Shown: positions 1 to 9,753 of the stretch, in pieces
Position numbering within the stretch: position 1 is the stretch's first letter
Layout: every line of letters begins with the position of its first letter
DNA from: Candidatus Thorarchaeota archaeon SMTZ1-45
Lineage (GTDB): Archaea; Asgardarchaeota; Thorarchaeia; Thorarchaeales; Thorarchaeaceae
NCBI GenBank assembly: GCA_001563335.1
Contig: LRSL01000063.1
Span: 1 to 45,099 of the forward strand
Length of the DNA stretch: 45,099 nucleotides
Direction of reading: 5' to 3'
The notes under the pieces: generated by a model
Database searches by the model: none
Told to the model about the DNA's origin: nothing
Seen by the model: only the letters and a program-made list of their open reading frames with translations
Made by a program: the position numbers and the translations under genes

Positions 1-2
1 TT

Positions 3-353
3 GATATCGGTCATGGTCAAATTCTTGCAACCAGAAATAGAGCTCTTGATCATATCAGCTCTTTCTTTGATAAGATTGCCATGGTCAATGTACACGACAA
101 TCATGGCTCAAAGATGATTGAGGATGTCTTAAAGTTGAGAAAGGAGCGAGAAGTTTCTCAAGGTGAGATTCGGGAGCTTGCAGTTAGATATGACACCCAT
201 CTTCCTATTGGTGAAGGGGAGATTGACTTTGACACAATCTTCCGTGAGCTAAAACAACGTGGCTACGATGGTCGATTTCTTATGATGTGTGAATGTTTTT
301 CCGATTTCCCAAAAGAAAGGGAAAAGTTCACCAAGCTCTGGTTAAAAGCTTAA
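3..353 (+). CDS. Sugar phosphate isomerase/epimerase (AP endonuclease 2 TIM-barrel family), 5'-truncated by window edge
   Basis: Frame open from position 3: DIGHG...VNVHDNHG...HLPIGEGEIDF...GYDG; DxGH, HD and GxGxID motifs are typical of the family. Confidence 0.85.
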   Translation, partial: DIGHGQILATRNRALDHISSFFDKIAMVNVHDNHGSKMIEDVLKLRKEREVSQGEIRELAVRYDTHLPIGEGEIDFDTIFRELKQRGYDGRFLMMCECFSDFPKEREKFTKLWLKA

Positions 354-1480
354 CCAACTTGGGCAAGAGACTCCACCAACTTGAGGACTTCCTTGAGGCC
401 CTTCTTGTCCTCTGCTTTCTCATAGAAAGCTCTTGATCTTCTGACTGCTTGCATTGCCATTTCAGGTTTTCCCTGCACTACAAAAAATCTAGCTTGTTTT
501 AGTCGTGCATCTCCCATTTTGGAGTAAACTTCCTTGGGATATTCAAACATGTCAACATTGATGACCTTTCCACAATCCGGACAAGCAATGACTAAATCAA
601 GATCAGCATCCACCGGACTTAGAGCAGCTTTTAGTTCAGTCTTGGGTGGTGGCGATTTAGCCACTGTGGTAGGGATTTCCTCGATATCAGAAAATTCGGA
701 CTCATCATATGTCAGTTCAGCTTCAGGCTCGTCATACGCTAATTCAGCTTCAGATTCTTCCTCTGCAGTAGCCGCCTCAAGAACAGGAACCTCACCTTCC
801 ATTTCATAGCGCGAAGATGAGAAGTCCGCACCCACTTCATGAGAAACAGGCACATCACCTACAGGTGGAGCCATTGGGGGTTCAGGTTCGGGTTCAGGTT
901 CGGGTTCAGGCTCAGGAGGATGTTCAATGTAAGCTGATCTTGCACCTAATATGGACTCTTCAATCTGAGTTGATGTTGGTCCTGCTGGAGGCATAAACTG
1001 CTCAGCTTCTGGAGGGAGTGGCTCGCTTCCCTCCATCATTCTTGGTGGAGGTATCTCTTCACCACCAGCCATCATTCCAGGTCCTTCAAGTAATTCCTTG
1101 ACTTCACTTGCCCGGAGCATTCTAGTTTCAATAACACCAGAACCATCAGCCTCCTCAATTCCTACAGTTTCAGCCTTGGCAAAGGCTTCCTTTGCCTTCT
1201 CGAATTCCGACTTTGGTTTGGTTAATCCTCCTGCAGTTCTAACGCGATCTTTGGTTACTTGGCTTGGTTTCACGAATTTTTCATCTTCAGTAACTGTAGG
1301 GATGCTTTCTGGTGGAGGTGCTACATGATCTTCAATAATTGGTGGAGTTTCTACTGTTGGAAGTGGTGCCTTCTCTTTTGGTTCGTCCATCTTTATTAAA
1401 GAAGCACCACATCTTATGCAGAATTTACGTGTTGGTTGATTTGCTTTGCCACACTTGTCACATGTTCGCACCTTGCACAC
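350..1480 (-). CDS. Zinc-ribbon protein with long acidic/Pro-rich disordered linker and C-terminal CxxC plus helical (TPR-like) domain
   Basis: CDKC...CIRC at N-terminus, (PE)n tract, CPDC and helical pair at C-terminus; likely start GTG at 1471 after GAGGTG. Confidence 0.75.
   Translation of the reverse strand: MCKVRTCDKCGKANQPTRKFCIRCGASLIKMDEPKEKAPLPTVETPPIIEDHVAPPPESIPTVTEDEKFVKPSQVTKDRVRTAGGLTKPKSEFEKAKEAFAKAETVGIEEADGSGVIETRMLRASEVKELLEGPGMMAGGEEIPPPRMMEGSEPLPPEAEQFMPPAGPTSTQIEESILGARSAYIEHPPEPEPEPEPEPEPPMAPPVGDVPVSHEVGADFSSSRYEMEGEVPVLEAATAEEESEAELAYDEPEAELTYDESEFSDIEEIPTTVAKSPPPKTELKAALSPVDADLDLVIACPDCGKVINVDMFEYPKEVYSKMGDARLKQARFFVVQGKPEMAMQAVRRSRAFYEKAEDKKGLKEVLKLVESLAQVG
879..916 (-). 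repeat. Coding hexamer tandem repeat encoding (Pro-Glu)n
   Basis: ggttcaggttcgggttcaggttcgggttcaggctcagg on the + strand; PEPEPEPEPEPEP in the 350..1480 protein. Confidence 0.85.
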
Positions 1481-1506
1481 CTCTGCTAGCTAGGTGATAC
1501 ACATCC

Positions 1507-1680
1507 TTACAGATTAAAGTTTGCCGAATACATCTTTGTTTTGTTTTTACATAATTGGTAGGCAATGTCTAAATCAAGATCAGCATCCACAGGAGCTGGT
1601 TCAACTTTCAGAAAAGGATTGGTCTAAAAGGCTCAATCTGTGAGGGTGGTGTTGTCTGGGATGATGCAACTTTCGATGGC
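1507..1680 (-). pseudogene. Degenerate paralogous fragment of the adjacent zinc-ribbon gene
   Basis: 1562-1594 matches 585-617 at 31/33 nt; minus strand reads LKVEPAPVDADLDLDIA vs LKAALSPVDADLDLVIA; stop and frameshift upstream. Confidence 0.5.
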
Positions 1681-1973
1681 TGGATTGATGCAGCCGCTGA
1701 GGAGGGAAATCTTACTACCAGGATTTCACTCAAAACTCTGATTCAAGAGGCAATCGGCGATTACTGTGGGTACCTGGGCAATACTAAGGGATAGAATTTC
1801 ACGTTGAACATCGTGAGATGAATGGGTATGTGTATAACCCAATGCGTAAACCGTACTTCTATTATTATTACAAAATTTCAAAGACCGATTGGTTTGGTCT
1901 TCCTATTCCGTTATCGATTCTGATTCCTTCAGCTATCGTTATTGGATTAGTAGCAATTGTGGTTTTGAAGAAG

Positions 1974-3209
1974 TCATCCAAAAGTTGACTTTTTCTCCTG
2001 TGTTACACCCTTCTGAATGGCGAGTGCAGTTTCAGACGCTCTCCGATAACATTCTATCATCGATTTCCCAACCTCAATGACTGTACATATCGGATCTCTC
2101 ATGTTCACAATTACACCCTTAGGAGTTCTATCAACAGTATTGGGAAATTTCGCCAAATCTGGTACTGGTCCCTCACATCTTGAATAAACGATCAACTTCA
2201 CACCTGGATTTATTTTGGCTATTCTTTCAGGTAGAATCCCCTGAGGGGCTAAAACATGAAGACTTGTTACTGACAGGGTACTTGCAGCCTCAATCAACTC
2301 TAGTGTACCTTGAATTCTAGGATTTACTTCCATAAGCCATATCTGATTTGATTCATCAACAACATAGTCTATGCCTAGCGACCCAACTAACTTCAACTCT
2401 GAACTGATAGTTTCTGAAACCTTAGCAATTCTAGAAACTGTTTCTTTTGGTAGTCCACTTGGAATGTAATTGCCACAGTATGCAAAATCACAGTTCCTTC
2501 CCGCTGATGGCATCCCAATGAGCTGCCCCTGCACAGTGAGAGTAAGTGCTTGGTTTCCGGCTGAAAGAATACTGCAGCTAATATCAGTTCCACGAATATA
2601 TTCCTGAGCAATTCGAGGTTCATACCTATTATCTTCAGGATATCCAAATGCCTTTGTAACATCATATGAATTCCGAACTAGTCTGATTCCACTACCTCCT
2701 CCTGAATGAGTAGGTCGTACCAAATAGGGGAAGATAAATTCCTCTGTTTTTTTCATCGCTTCATTTGGATTTTTCACAATCATGCGTTTGGGCATTTGAA
2801 TTCCAAGAGACTTTGTTAATTTTCTAAGAGATGAAAAATCACGTGCTCTTCTCATCTGGGTTGGTGAGCAGCCAACGAGTAAACCATTCTTGTGTAAGGG
2901 TTCAAGAGCATCAGCGTGGTCGTCAAATCCACTTCCAATAATGACATAATCCAGCTCATGTTCCTTTATGAGGTAAATGAGGTTTTCAACAAGCCCTTCA
3001 TGGAGAGGAATATCCAGTGGTTGTCTCTGCCGTTCACCACAAGTTGGTGTCAAGATTGCTATCCAATCATCACAACAAACTGAGAGATCCTCATCTCCCC
3101 AGTAATCTGAAACGAAGACATTTGCACCAGCTTTCTTTGCTGAGCAAGCTATAGGTCGAGCATTAAAGCCAATGACACCTATACGCTTATTCTTCAATGG
3201 AGATGACAT
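1974..3209 (-). CDS. ATP-grasp domain protein (archaeal COG2232-like carboxylate-amine ligase)
   Basis: D-Y-W-G-D-x-D N-terminal motif, GGGSGI loop, QEYIRG, EVNPRIQG; ATG at 3209 preferred over 3263. Confidence 0.8.
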   Translation of the reverse strand: MSSPLKNKRIGVIGFNARPIACSAKKAGANVFVSDYWGDEDLSVCCDDWIAILTPTCGERQRQPLDIPLHEGLVENLIYLIKEHELDYVIIGSGFDDHADALEPLHKNGLLVGCSPTQMRRARDFSSLRKLTKSLGIQMPKRMIVKNPNEAMKKTEEFIFPYLVRPTHSGGGSGIRLVRNSYDVTKAFGYPEDNRYEPRIAQEYIRGTDISCSILSAGNQALTLTVQGQLIGMPSAGRNCDFAYCGNYIPSGLPKETVSRIAKVSETISSELKLVGSLGIDYVVDESNQIWLMEVNPRIQGTLELIEAASTLSVTSLHVLAPQGILPERIAKINPGVKLIVYSRCEGPVPDLAKFPNTVDRTPKGVIVNMRDPICTVIEVGKSMIECYRRASETALAIQKGVTQEKKSTFG

Positions 3210-3278
3210 GCAAACCATGCAAACGCGGATGTAGTAGCCCTGATAAGGTCTTTCTGTTCTCATGTTGGGTGTGAATAG

Positions 3279-3608
3279 GTGTTTTCAATGATGAAGGTCA
3301 ACGAAACAGAAATGACCCCTGGTCAGATTGAGGGAGTTAAGGGAACTGTCCAAGTTTATGATGTGATCCAAGGTGAAGTTACCGCTGGGGTAAGGGTTGT
3401 AAAAGCAGAGAGTGATGTTCCAAAAAGACCTCACATTCATTCTGAAAGACAAGTAATCTATGTCATTTCTGGTGCTGGGAAGATAACGGACGGGGTTGAA
3501 ACCTTCGATCTTAAACCAGGAGACTTCATCCTGCTGGAAGCTAATGAAGAGCATTATGTGATTACCGAGAATGAGGACATAAAGCTCTTTGAAGTCAAGT
3601 ACCCATAA
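3279..3608 (+). CDS. Cupin domain protein
   Basis: PHIHSERQVIYVISGAG and LKPGDFILLEANEEH cupin motifs. Confidence 0.85.
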   Translation: MFSMMKVNETEMTPGQIEGVKGTVQVYDVIQGEVTAGVRVVKAESDVPKRPHIHSERQVIYVISGAGKITDGVETFDLKPGDFILLEANEEHYVITENEDIKLFEVKYP

Positions 3609-3622
3609 TACGCAAGGAGAGA

Positions 3623-4372
3623 ATGTTACTGAGTAAAGAAATATACAAAGTTTATCCTATCGCATGGATCATTAAGAGTCAGGTTTTTGGGGATTATTTT
3701 TCCTCCGTAGAAAAAGGATCGAATCTCTTAATTGCTGATTTTGCTGCGGGTGAACACGATAGGGTGCCTTCTTTCTTCCTGAATCTATTGGCTAATCTTG
3801 GAACTGATATTAATCTTCAAAACAGGCGGGTGGTATATTGTACAGACTTGCATGCATTGCGGCTTGATAGTCTTTTGGGAAAGCTTGAGGAATCAAATCT
3901 ATTGGACAATGCTAGGGTTATTCATGCTAAATTGGAAACTATGGATAATGATGCAAAATTTCGACCAAGTATGATTGAATATCTCAAGAATAACCAAAAC
4001 ACAATGACTCAGCTCGACCATCATTTGTTGAATCAGCAATTCATTCCACCTGAAGCATTCAATATTGGTGTTTTGAACAATGATGTTGTCGGCTATTTAC
4101 ATGAATATTATCAGGAATATAGCAACGCTATAATTAGTCTGCAGAAAGTGCATAAAACGCTAAAGAAAGGAGCTCTTCTTATAGTTACAATGCCTTGCTC
4201 ATTATATGTCGTCGACAATGTGAAAATACTTGAGTCCGTTGGATTTCAGTATATCGATGGCAAGGATGTGGATATTTCAGAAGGTTTCATTTCAGACCTA
4301 GATAGGAGTGCAGATCCACAAACATTGAGTCGTTTAGGGCATTACACTTTCATGATATTTATCAGAAATTAG
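3623..4372 (+). CDS. Class I SAM-dependent methyltransferase-like protein
   Basis: IADFAAG motif I-like, YCTD, and LQKVHKTLKKGALLIV motif III-like. Confidence 0.6.
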   Translation: MLLSKEIYKVYPIAWIIKSQVFGDYFSSVEKGSNLLIADFAAGEHDRVPSFFLNLLANLGTDINLQNRRVVYCTDLHALRLDSLLGKLEESNLLDNARVIHAKLETMDNDAKFRPSMIEYLKNNQNTMTQLDHHLLNQQFIPPEAFNIGVLNNDVVGYLHEYYQEYSNAIISLQKVHKTLKKGALLIVTMPCSLYVVDNVKILESVGFQYIDGKDVDISEGFISDLDRSADPQTLSRLGHYTFMIFIRN

Positions 4373-4484
4373 TACATCAAGGATAGAATCATAGGGTAGT
4401 AATAGTACAAACTGACATAATTTCTCGCAAAGCTTATACAGAGCGAAGCGTTGTACACAATAACCTTGGTTGCAGGGGAAAAAA

Positions 4485-6065
4485 ATGTCTGGAAAGAAAC
4501 TCACCGACAAAGAAAAAGCTGCACTTGATGAGGCTCTCAAAGGAGCTGTTCTATCCGATTCAGAGCTTGAAAGGTTAGCAGAAGGAGTAGATGAATCTGG
4601 TGAAACAATAATGCCAGTGGAAAATGGTGAGGATCTAATTTCAGCTGCAGCACTTGCTCTTGACTTTGTAGAGCATCTAGAAACTTCAGCACCTCGTGAA
4701 CTGACAGGAGATGAAGATGCTGTTGCTGGGTTTGATGCGCTTCTTAGAAAATTGGAAACTCTTAGGGCAGACATATCTTCTCTTCAACGAGGTGTTGTTG
4801 GAGTCTTCGCAGCACAATTACTAGCATTTAGAGGAAATGTTGTTGACCTGAAGACTCGAATATCTGGAGAAATGGTCGATCGCCTAAGAATGAAGTTCTA
4901 TAAGAATTTCATCGAGTCAATGTTTGTCGATATAGTGGATGCAGAGTTTTCAGCACTTGAAAAAGACCTCGTGGATAAGATTGTAGAGCAGACTCAAGAG
5001 AGATTCAAGGAGTTTGCCCTGCGAGTAAGAGAGTCAGAAGTTGACCTTCGAAGAACGATAGTTGAACAGCAAGACATTGTTAGGTCGTTCATGACAAGCT
5101 TGGAAGAAGAAACAACTGCACAAAGAACTGAACTAGCTGAAAAGCAGGCTGAAATTACCAAGCTAGAACTTGAAATAAGAAATCTACAATCAAGGGTAGA
5201 TGAAGGGAAAGTTGTGGGTGCTGCAAGGGAGGAGTATGAACGTAGAATTACAGATCTAGAAGAGGAGGTCAAAGACCTCAAGGATGATTTACTCCTCAAA
5301 GATGCATTAATAGAGAAGAGAACACAGAGCATAGAGGAAGCAAGGAAAGAAGCTGAAGAGTTGAAGCTCGAGTTAGGGGAAGCAATGAGCCAGATTCAGG
5401 TTTACAAAGAAGAGGCAGCTCTTGCCAAACCGCAGAGTGAGAAGACAGAAGCTGAAATAGAAGCATTGAATTCGAAAATCGAGCTCCTCGAAGCAACATT
5501 GGAAGAGAAACGGAAAGAAGAAGATCTCGCTGCAGCTAACATTAAACAACTAGAAACACAGATTGAGGATCTGATTGGAGACAAGGTTGCAGCTGAGAAA
5601 GAAGCAGCGGAACGATTGGCTGAATTAAATAATATACAAGACAAGATTGCAGAAGTAAAAGAAATGGATGAAAAGATCCATTCTTTGGAACGTGAAAATC
5701 AGGAAACCAAAGAGCAAGTGAAAATTGTGGAAATGCAGAAAGAAGCTTTCGAGAAAGCCACTCGTCTAATGGAGAAAGAACGAGACATAGCCTTGCAGCA
5801 AAGAGACCTTGCTAACGAAAGAACACAAAGATACATCAAGGTATTAGGAATGGAAGGCAATACAAAGGTGCTTCTTCTTGTGGATGAGGTTGGTTCAGTT
5901 ACTTTTACTGAGTTAGGAAAATCTCTTGGAGTTCCGAAAGGTCAAGTTATGAAATGGGCGAGAGAACTTGATAAACTTGGAGTTCTTGAAATCAAAGGCG
6001 AAACTGTGAAATCAACCCTAAAGAAGATGGACATCAAAGAAGGCGAGGTTAAAGTCGACAAATAG
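4485..6065 (+). CDS. Long coiled-coil protein with C-terminal winged-helix domain
   Basis: Roughly 300 aa of E/K/L/A heptad-rich sequence, then VTFTELGKSLGVPKGQVMKWARELDKLGVLEI (wHTH); no Walker motifs; ATG at 4485. Confidence 0.8.
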   Translation: MSGKKLTDKEKAALDEALKGAVLSDSELERLAEGVDESGETIMPVENGEDLISAAALALDFVEHLETSAPRELTGDEDAVAGFDALLRKLETLRADISSLQRGVVGVFAAQLLAFRGNVVDLKTRISGEMVDRLRMKFYKNFIESMFVDIVDAEFSALEKDLVDKIVEQTQERFKEFALRVRESEVDLRRTIVEQQDIVRSFMTSLEEETTAQRTELAEKQAEITKLELEIRNLQSRVDEGKVVGAAREEYERRITDLEEEVKDLKDDLLLKDALIEKRTQSIEEARKEAEELKLELGEAMSQIQVYKEEAALAKPQSEKTEAEIEALNSKIELLEATLEEKRKEEDLAAANIKQLETQIEDLIGDKVAAEKEAAERLAELNNIQDKIAEVKEMDEKIHSLERENQETKEQVKIVEMQKEAFEKATRLMEKERDIALQQRDLANERTQRYIKVLGMEGNTKVLLLVDEVGSVTFTELGKSLGVPKGQVMKWARELDKLGVLEIKGETVKSTLKKMDIKEGEVKVDK

Positions 6066-6078
6066 AGTTCGTTAGAAC

Positions 6079-6438
6079 CTAGAACTCAATAGACCTATCA
6101 CCCTCCGCATACGACTTTACGATCTGAGACCAATAATCAGCAAGTTTTGTCATAGCTTTTGAGAAGTCCTCAACAATTCTAAATTCACCCATTCTCTTCT
6201 CAACTAGACCAACATCTCTTAACTTACGCATAACCTTGACATAGAGACCTCTGCTTGACAACACAAATTTTTCCCAGTCTATATCCTTAACCACACCATC
6301 ATTTTTCATGATTGTGTTCAGAATTTTTGAGGCTTGTTCTACCTGCATCTCAGTAAAAAAGATGTAACGCAGGAGATGTCTTGGACTAATAAGAGAAGGT
6401 CTCCGAATTAGGTCAATCTTTGCCATTGTTAGACTCAT
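6079..6438 (-). CDS. Small winged-helix-like protein
   Basis: SSRGLYVKVMRKLRDVGLVEKRMGEFRI recognition helix and wing pattern. Confidence 0.65.
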   Translation of the reverse strand: MSLTMAKIDLIRRPSLISPRHLLRYIFFTEMQVEQASKILNTIMKNDGVVKDIDWEKFVLSSRGLYVKVMRKLRDVGLVEKRMGEFRIVEDFSKAMTKLADYWSQIVKSYAEGDRSIEF

Positions 6439-6480
6439 ACTTTAGAGTCTAAATTTCGAATATGATATTGGGTATTACAC

Positions 6481-7458
6481 TCACTTTCTAAAAGACCTTG
6501 ACATTAACATTGGCACTGCAATGAGAATGAATACTCCAATTGAAACAATGGTTTGCATAGCCAGAGAAATAGGAGTTGGGTATAACCAAAACGCAATTCC
6601 TGTTAAGATGCAACCTAGAAACGGTAGTATTTGATATGGAGCTTTTAGTTTTGCCATAGCAACTACTAATATGAAGAAACCATATCCAACTGCAGCAAAA
6701 GCCAGAGATAGTGAGAACAAGACAGCAAGCGCTTCGTAGAGGCCATATAAGACCCAACCTGCAAGAGGGTAAAGGTATGCTATTATCAACCAAATTAGAT
6801 TGAATACAATTATTGCCTTGAGACCTGCTGAAGCATTTTGAATATCAACATTAGAGGGGGCATTAGAGAACATTATTGTCATTGCCAAGAAAGCAACAAT
6901 CCAAAAGACTGGATTAACCACTGTCAGTTCAGCAAATGTGTACAGGAATGTATAGGCAAAACCTCCAATTGCTGTCAATGGATACATCCAATCTGAAAGT
7001 AGGGTTGGATTTGATTTCAGATTGATTAGATTGCCTAACAAATCCAATGCATTTGTACCAAGCTCTGGTCGGTCAGGTACTAAGTATGTGGCTCCAAATG
7101 CGAATAGAATGAGTAGCACTAATGAAACAGCAACAGGTGCAAGGTTGATGATGGCATTTTTAAATCGACTCTTTGGTTTGATATATTTGACATAGCCTAG
7201 GACAATCTGGTCACCTTGTCGCTCCACGTTGATTGGTTTGAATTCCACAATCTCAGTTTTTGTAAAAACACAACCAAGAGCATGAGATGACTCATGCAAA
7301 GCAACTCCAGGTCCCACCAACATATACCAAGATCGAGAACCTGGATCTTGTGTAGTTCGGAGCACCCTCTGCGAAATTCTCTCAAGAAACCATCCTAGCC
7401 CCCATACAATGAAGAACAATATTGATCCAAGAAGCACTATTGTGAAATATGCATTCAC
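6481..7458 (-). CDS. Membrane metalloprotease, M50/M50B-like
   Basis: Multiple TM segments, ALHESSHAL (HExxH), GYV, INLAP and APSNVD. Confidence 0.7.
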   Translation of the reverse strand: MNAYFTIVLLGSILFFIVWGLGWFLERISQRVLRTTQDPGSRSWYMLVGPGVALHESSHALGCVFTKTEIVEFKPINVERQGDQIVLGYVKYIKPKSRFKNAIINLAPVAVSLVLLILFAFGATYLVPDRPELGTNALDLLGNLINLKSNPTLLSDWMYPLTAIGGFAYTFLYTFAELTVVNPVFWIVAFLAMTIMFSNAPSNVDIQNASAGLKAIIVFNLIWLIIAYLYPLAGWVLYGLYEALAVLFSLSLAFAAVGYGFFILVVAMAKLKAPYQILPFLGCILTGIAFWLYPTPISLAMQTIVSIGVFILIAVPMLMSRSFRK

Positions 7459-7487
7459 TCTGGTAATCCCCCAACTGAATTCATAGA

Positions 7488-7964
7488 CTATAATCCGAGT
7501 TCTCTTTTCTTTTCATCCTCGACGCGGTCAATTTCTCGAGATTTTACCTCTTCAAGCTCACGAGCCTTCTCTCTTTTTGCCTTTTCTACAATTTTCTTCT
7601 TCTCATTATCTAATTCACGAAATCGTTTTTCTTTAGCTACCTCTGCTTTACGAATTCTCTTTCGCAGCATTTCGACATCTTTTTTGAGATCTGAGCGATT
7701 TTTTTCCTTTTGTTTCTTGGATTCTTGGTACTCTTTATCGGCTGATTTCCAATCCCGTTCTGCTTCGCGTAGACGTACTCGGACTGCCTCATAAGAATCA
7801 CGTTTCGATTTCGCTGCGGCTCGGTATCTTTCCACTTCAGCATCTAAACGAGCATCCAAACTTTCCAAATCCATCTCAGCTTTCTGGAGATTAGTTTTGA
7901 AATCTCTGATATCTGAATCAATCTTCTGAACCTTCTTATCCCGTAGGTATTCTGGATCGACCAT
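7488..7964 (-). CDS. Highly charged coiled-coil hypothetical protein
   Basis: Almost entirely helix-favouring K/E/R/D heptads; ATG at 7964 preferred (ORF open to 8000). Confidence 0.7.
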   Translation of the reverse strand: MVDPEYLRDKKVQKIDSDIRDFKTNLQKAEMDLESLDARLDAEVERYRAAAKSKRDSYEAVRVRLREAERDWKSADKEYQESKKQKEKNRSDLKKDVEMLRKRIRKAEVAKEKRFRELDNEKKKIVEKAKREKARELEEVKSREIDRVEDEKKRELGL

Positions 7965-8006
7965 AACAATCACTACTTCGATAACGTCTTGCTTTATCAC
8001 TTTTCT

Positions 8007-8666
8007 CTATGGTTTGAGATGCTCTTCAGCAAACTGTTGCATGATAATTCTCTCTGCTCTCCTCAACCGTTCTTGCATAGCAACACGTTTTATCTTCAAT
8101 ATCTTAGATAGCTCTTTGATTTCGCTTTTTCTTGGTATCTCATAATAACCATTCAAAATGGCTACCTTGACCGCCTCCAATTGTTTGTCTGTAAGACCGG
8201 AGCCAAGAGTTCCCTTAGGCGAACGATAGACGCTCAGAACTCGTACCTTTGAAAATCTTGAACGGAGATTATCGAATGCTAAACGAAATGCATCCTGATT
8301 GGGAGCTAGAAGGTGGTGTATCTGAGTCCCTCCTTCAATGATAATGGGCAAACGAGACATGCAATGACTCTCAAGAATAGTTTCATGCATTGATTTCGTA
8401 CTTAATTTGTGAGTTACTTCTGTCCAAAATTGATTTACAGATTTGTGAGTTACTCTGACTTCAATTATACTTGGAGACTTTTTGAGTTCAACTATGTAAT
8501 CAGAGATTGGGTTGTTACTTCCAGTCAAACTTTGAATAATCCCAAATCCCAAGGGACCATTAATGGATACTAGAATGATTCGGACAGGAATTCTTCTAGT
8601 GAGATCACATGAGTAATAACCTTCAGCAGTAATCTCCAGTTTTGCCTCTATCATCCTTATAAACAC
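8007..8666 (-). CDS. HTH-10 (bacterio-opsin activator type) transcription regulator
   Basis: C-terminal LTDKQLEAVKVAILNGYYEIPRK...ERLRRAERII, typical of the archaeal HTH_10 family. Confidence 0.85.
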   Translation of the reverse strand: MFIRMIEAKLEITAEGYYSCDLTRRIPVRIILVSINGPLGFGIIQSLTGSNNPISDYIVELKKSPSIIEVRVTHKSVNQFWTEVTHKLSTKSMHETILESHCMSRLPIIIEGGTQIHHLLAPNQDAFRLAFDNLRSRFSKVRVLSVYRSPKGTLGSGLTDKQLEAVKVAILNGYYEIPRKSEIKELSKILKIKRVAMQERLRRAERIIMQQFAEEHLKP

Positions 8667-8710
8667 CCGTCTTAAGACGGCATAACATTATTCCTAGTTT
8701 AATCTACCGT

Positions 8711-9682
8711 TTGTGTTGGAGAAGAATTCAGTTGAGCGAGGCGTACACGCAAATTCAGGAAGTCACTCGACGAAGTTTGATCATCGCAATAATTGAAGCT
8801 CTTTTCGTGACTGTTTTGTGGTCATCCTCTTTCGTGATAATCAAGTTTGGTTTACAAGACATTCCACCATTAACATTTGCAGGACTAAGGTATACAATTG
8901 CTTCTTTGATACTGCTCGCTTTGATTCTATCTCAAACGAAGATGCGAAAAACAATGAAAGGGCGATCAAGAAAATGGTGGGGGATGCTTTTCATATATGG
9001 ATGCGTGTACATCACAGCAACCCAGGGAACACAATTTCTTGGTTTGTTCTATCTTCCAGCAATAACATTTTCTCTTATTCTCAACCTAACGCCGATCATC
9101 GTGCTTCTTTCAGCAATCCCTTTGCTTGGAGAAAAACCTTCCTTGCTAGAAACGGTCTTTGTGCTTACAGGTATTTTTGGAGTTTTACTCTATTTCTATC
9201 CTATGGATTTTGTGGGTGTTTCAATAATAGGACTAGTAATCAGTATCATCAGTCTTCTAGCAAACTCAGCAGCAGCAGTAATTGGCCGAGCTGTTAATCG
9301 TACGTTGGACACACCCCCATTGGTTGTTACTGGTGTGATGATGTCGTTTGGCGCTCTTTTCCTCATGATATTTGGCTTATCTGTTGAAAATTTGCCTCCA
9401 CTATCACCTATTTCTTGGATCTATATATTGTGGCTTGCTGTTCTCAATACAGCATTAGCATTTACCCTGTGGAATCGAGCTATGCGGGTGCTGAGAGCTG
9501 TTGATATGGCACTCATAAACAGCACAATGATGCCTCAGATTGTAATACTTTCGATTGTTTTTCTTGGAGAATTTCCTGAACCACTTGACTGGGTAGGATT
9601 AGTACTTCTTGCGTTTAGTGTTGGCGCAGTACAATATCTTCAAACCAAGCGTATGAACAAATCAAATAGATCAACCAGATAA
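8711..9682 (+). CDS. DMT/EamA family transporter
   Basis: About 10 TM segments, LWSSSF, LRY, LLGEK, FLGE repeats; true start probably slightly downstream. Confidence 0.9.
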   Translation: MCWRRIQLSEAYTQIQEVTRRSLIIAIIEALFVTVLWSSSFVIIKFGLQDIPPLTFAGLRYTIASLILLALILSQTKMRKTMKGRSRKWWGMLFIYGCVYITATQGTQFLGLFYLPAITFSLILNLTPIIVLLSAIPLLGEKPSLLETVFVLTGIFGVLLYFYPMDFVGVSIIGLVISIISLLANSAAAVIGRAVNRTLDTPPLVVTGVMMSFGALFLMIFGLSVENLPPLSPISWIYILWLAVLNTALAFTLWNRAMRVLRAVDMALINSTMMPQIVILSIVFLGEFPEPLDWVGLVLLAFSVGAVQYLQTKRMNKSNRSTR

Positions 9683-9753
9683 TCTTAGGGCAACACTAAT
9701 AGAGAAAAAGAGTATTGTGCTTAATTGTCCTGTACGAAATTCCACCGTGAGGA

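Noticed and set aside
4485-6065. SMC/Rad50 assignment
   Set aside because: No Walker A/B, signature motif, hinge or zinc hook
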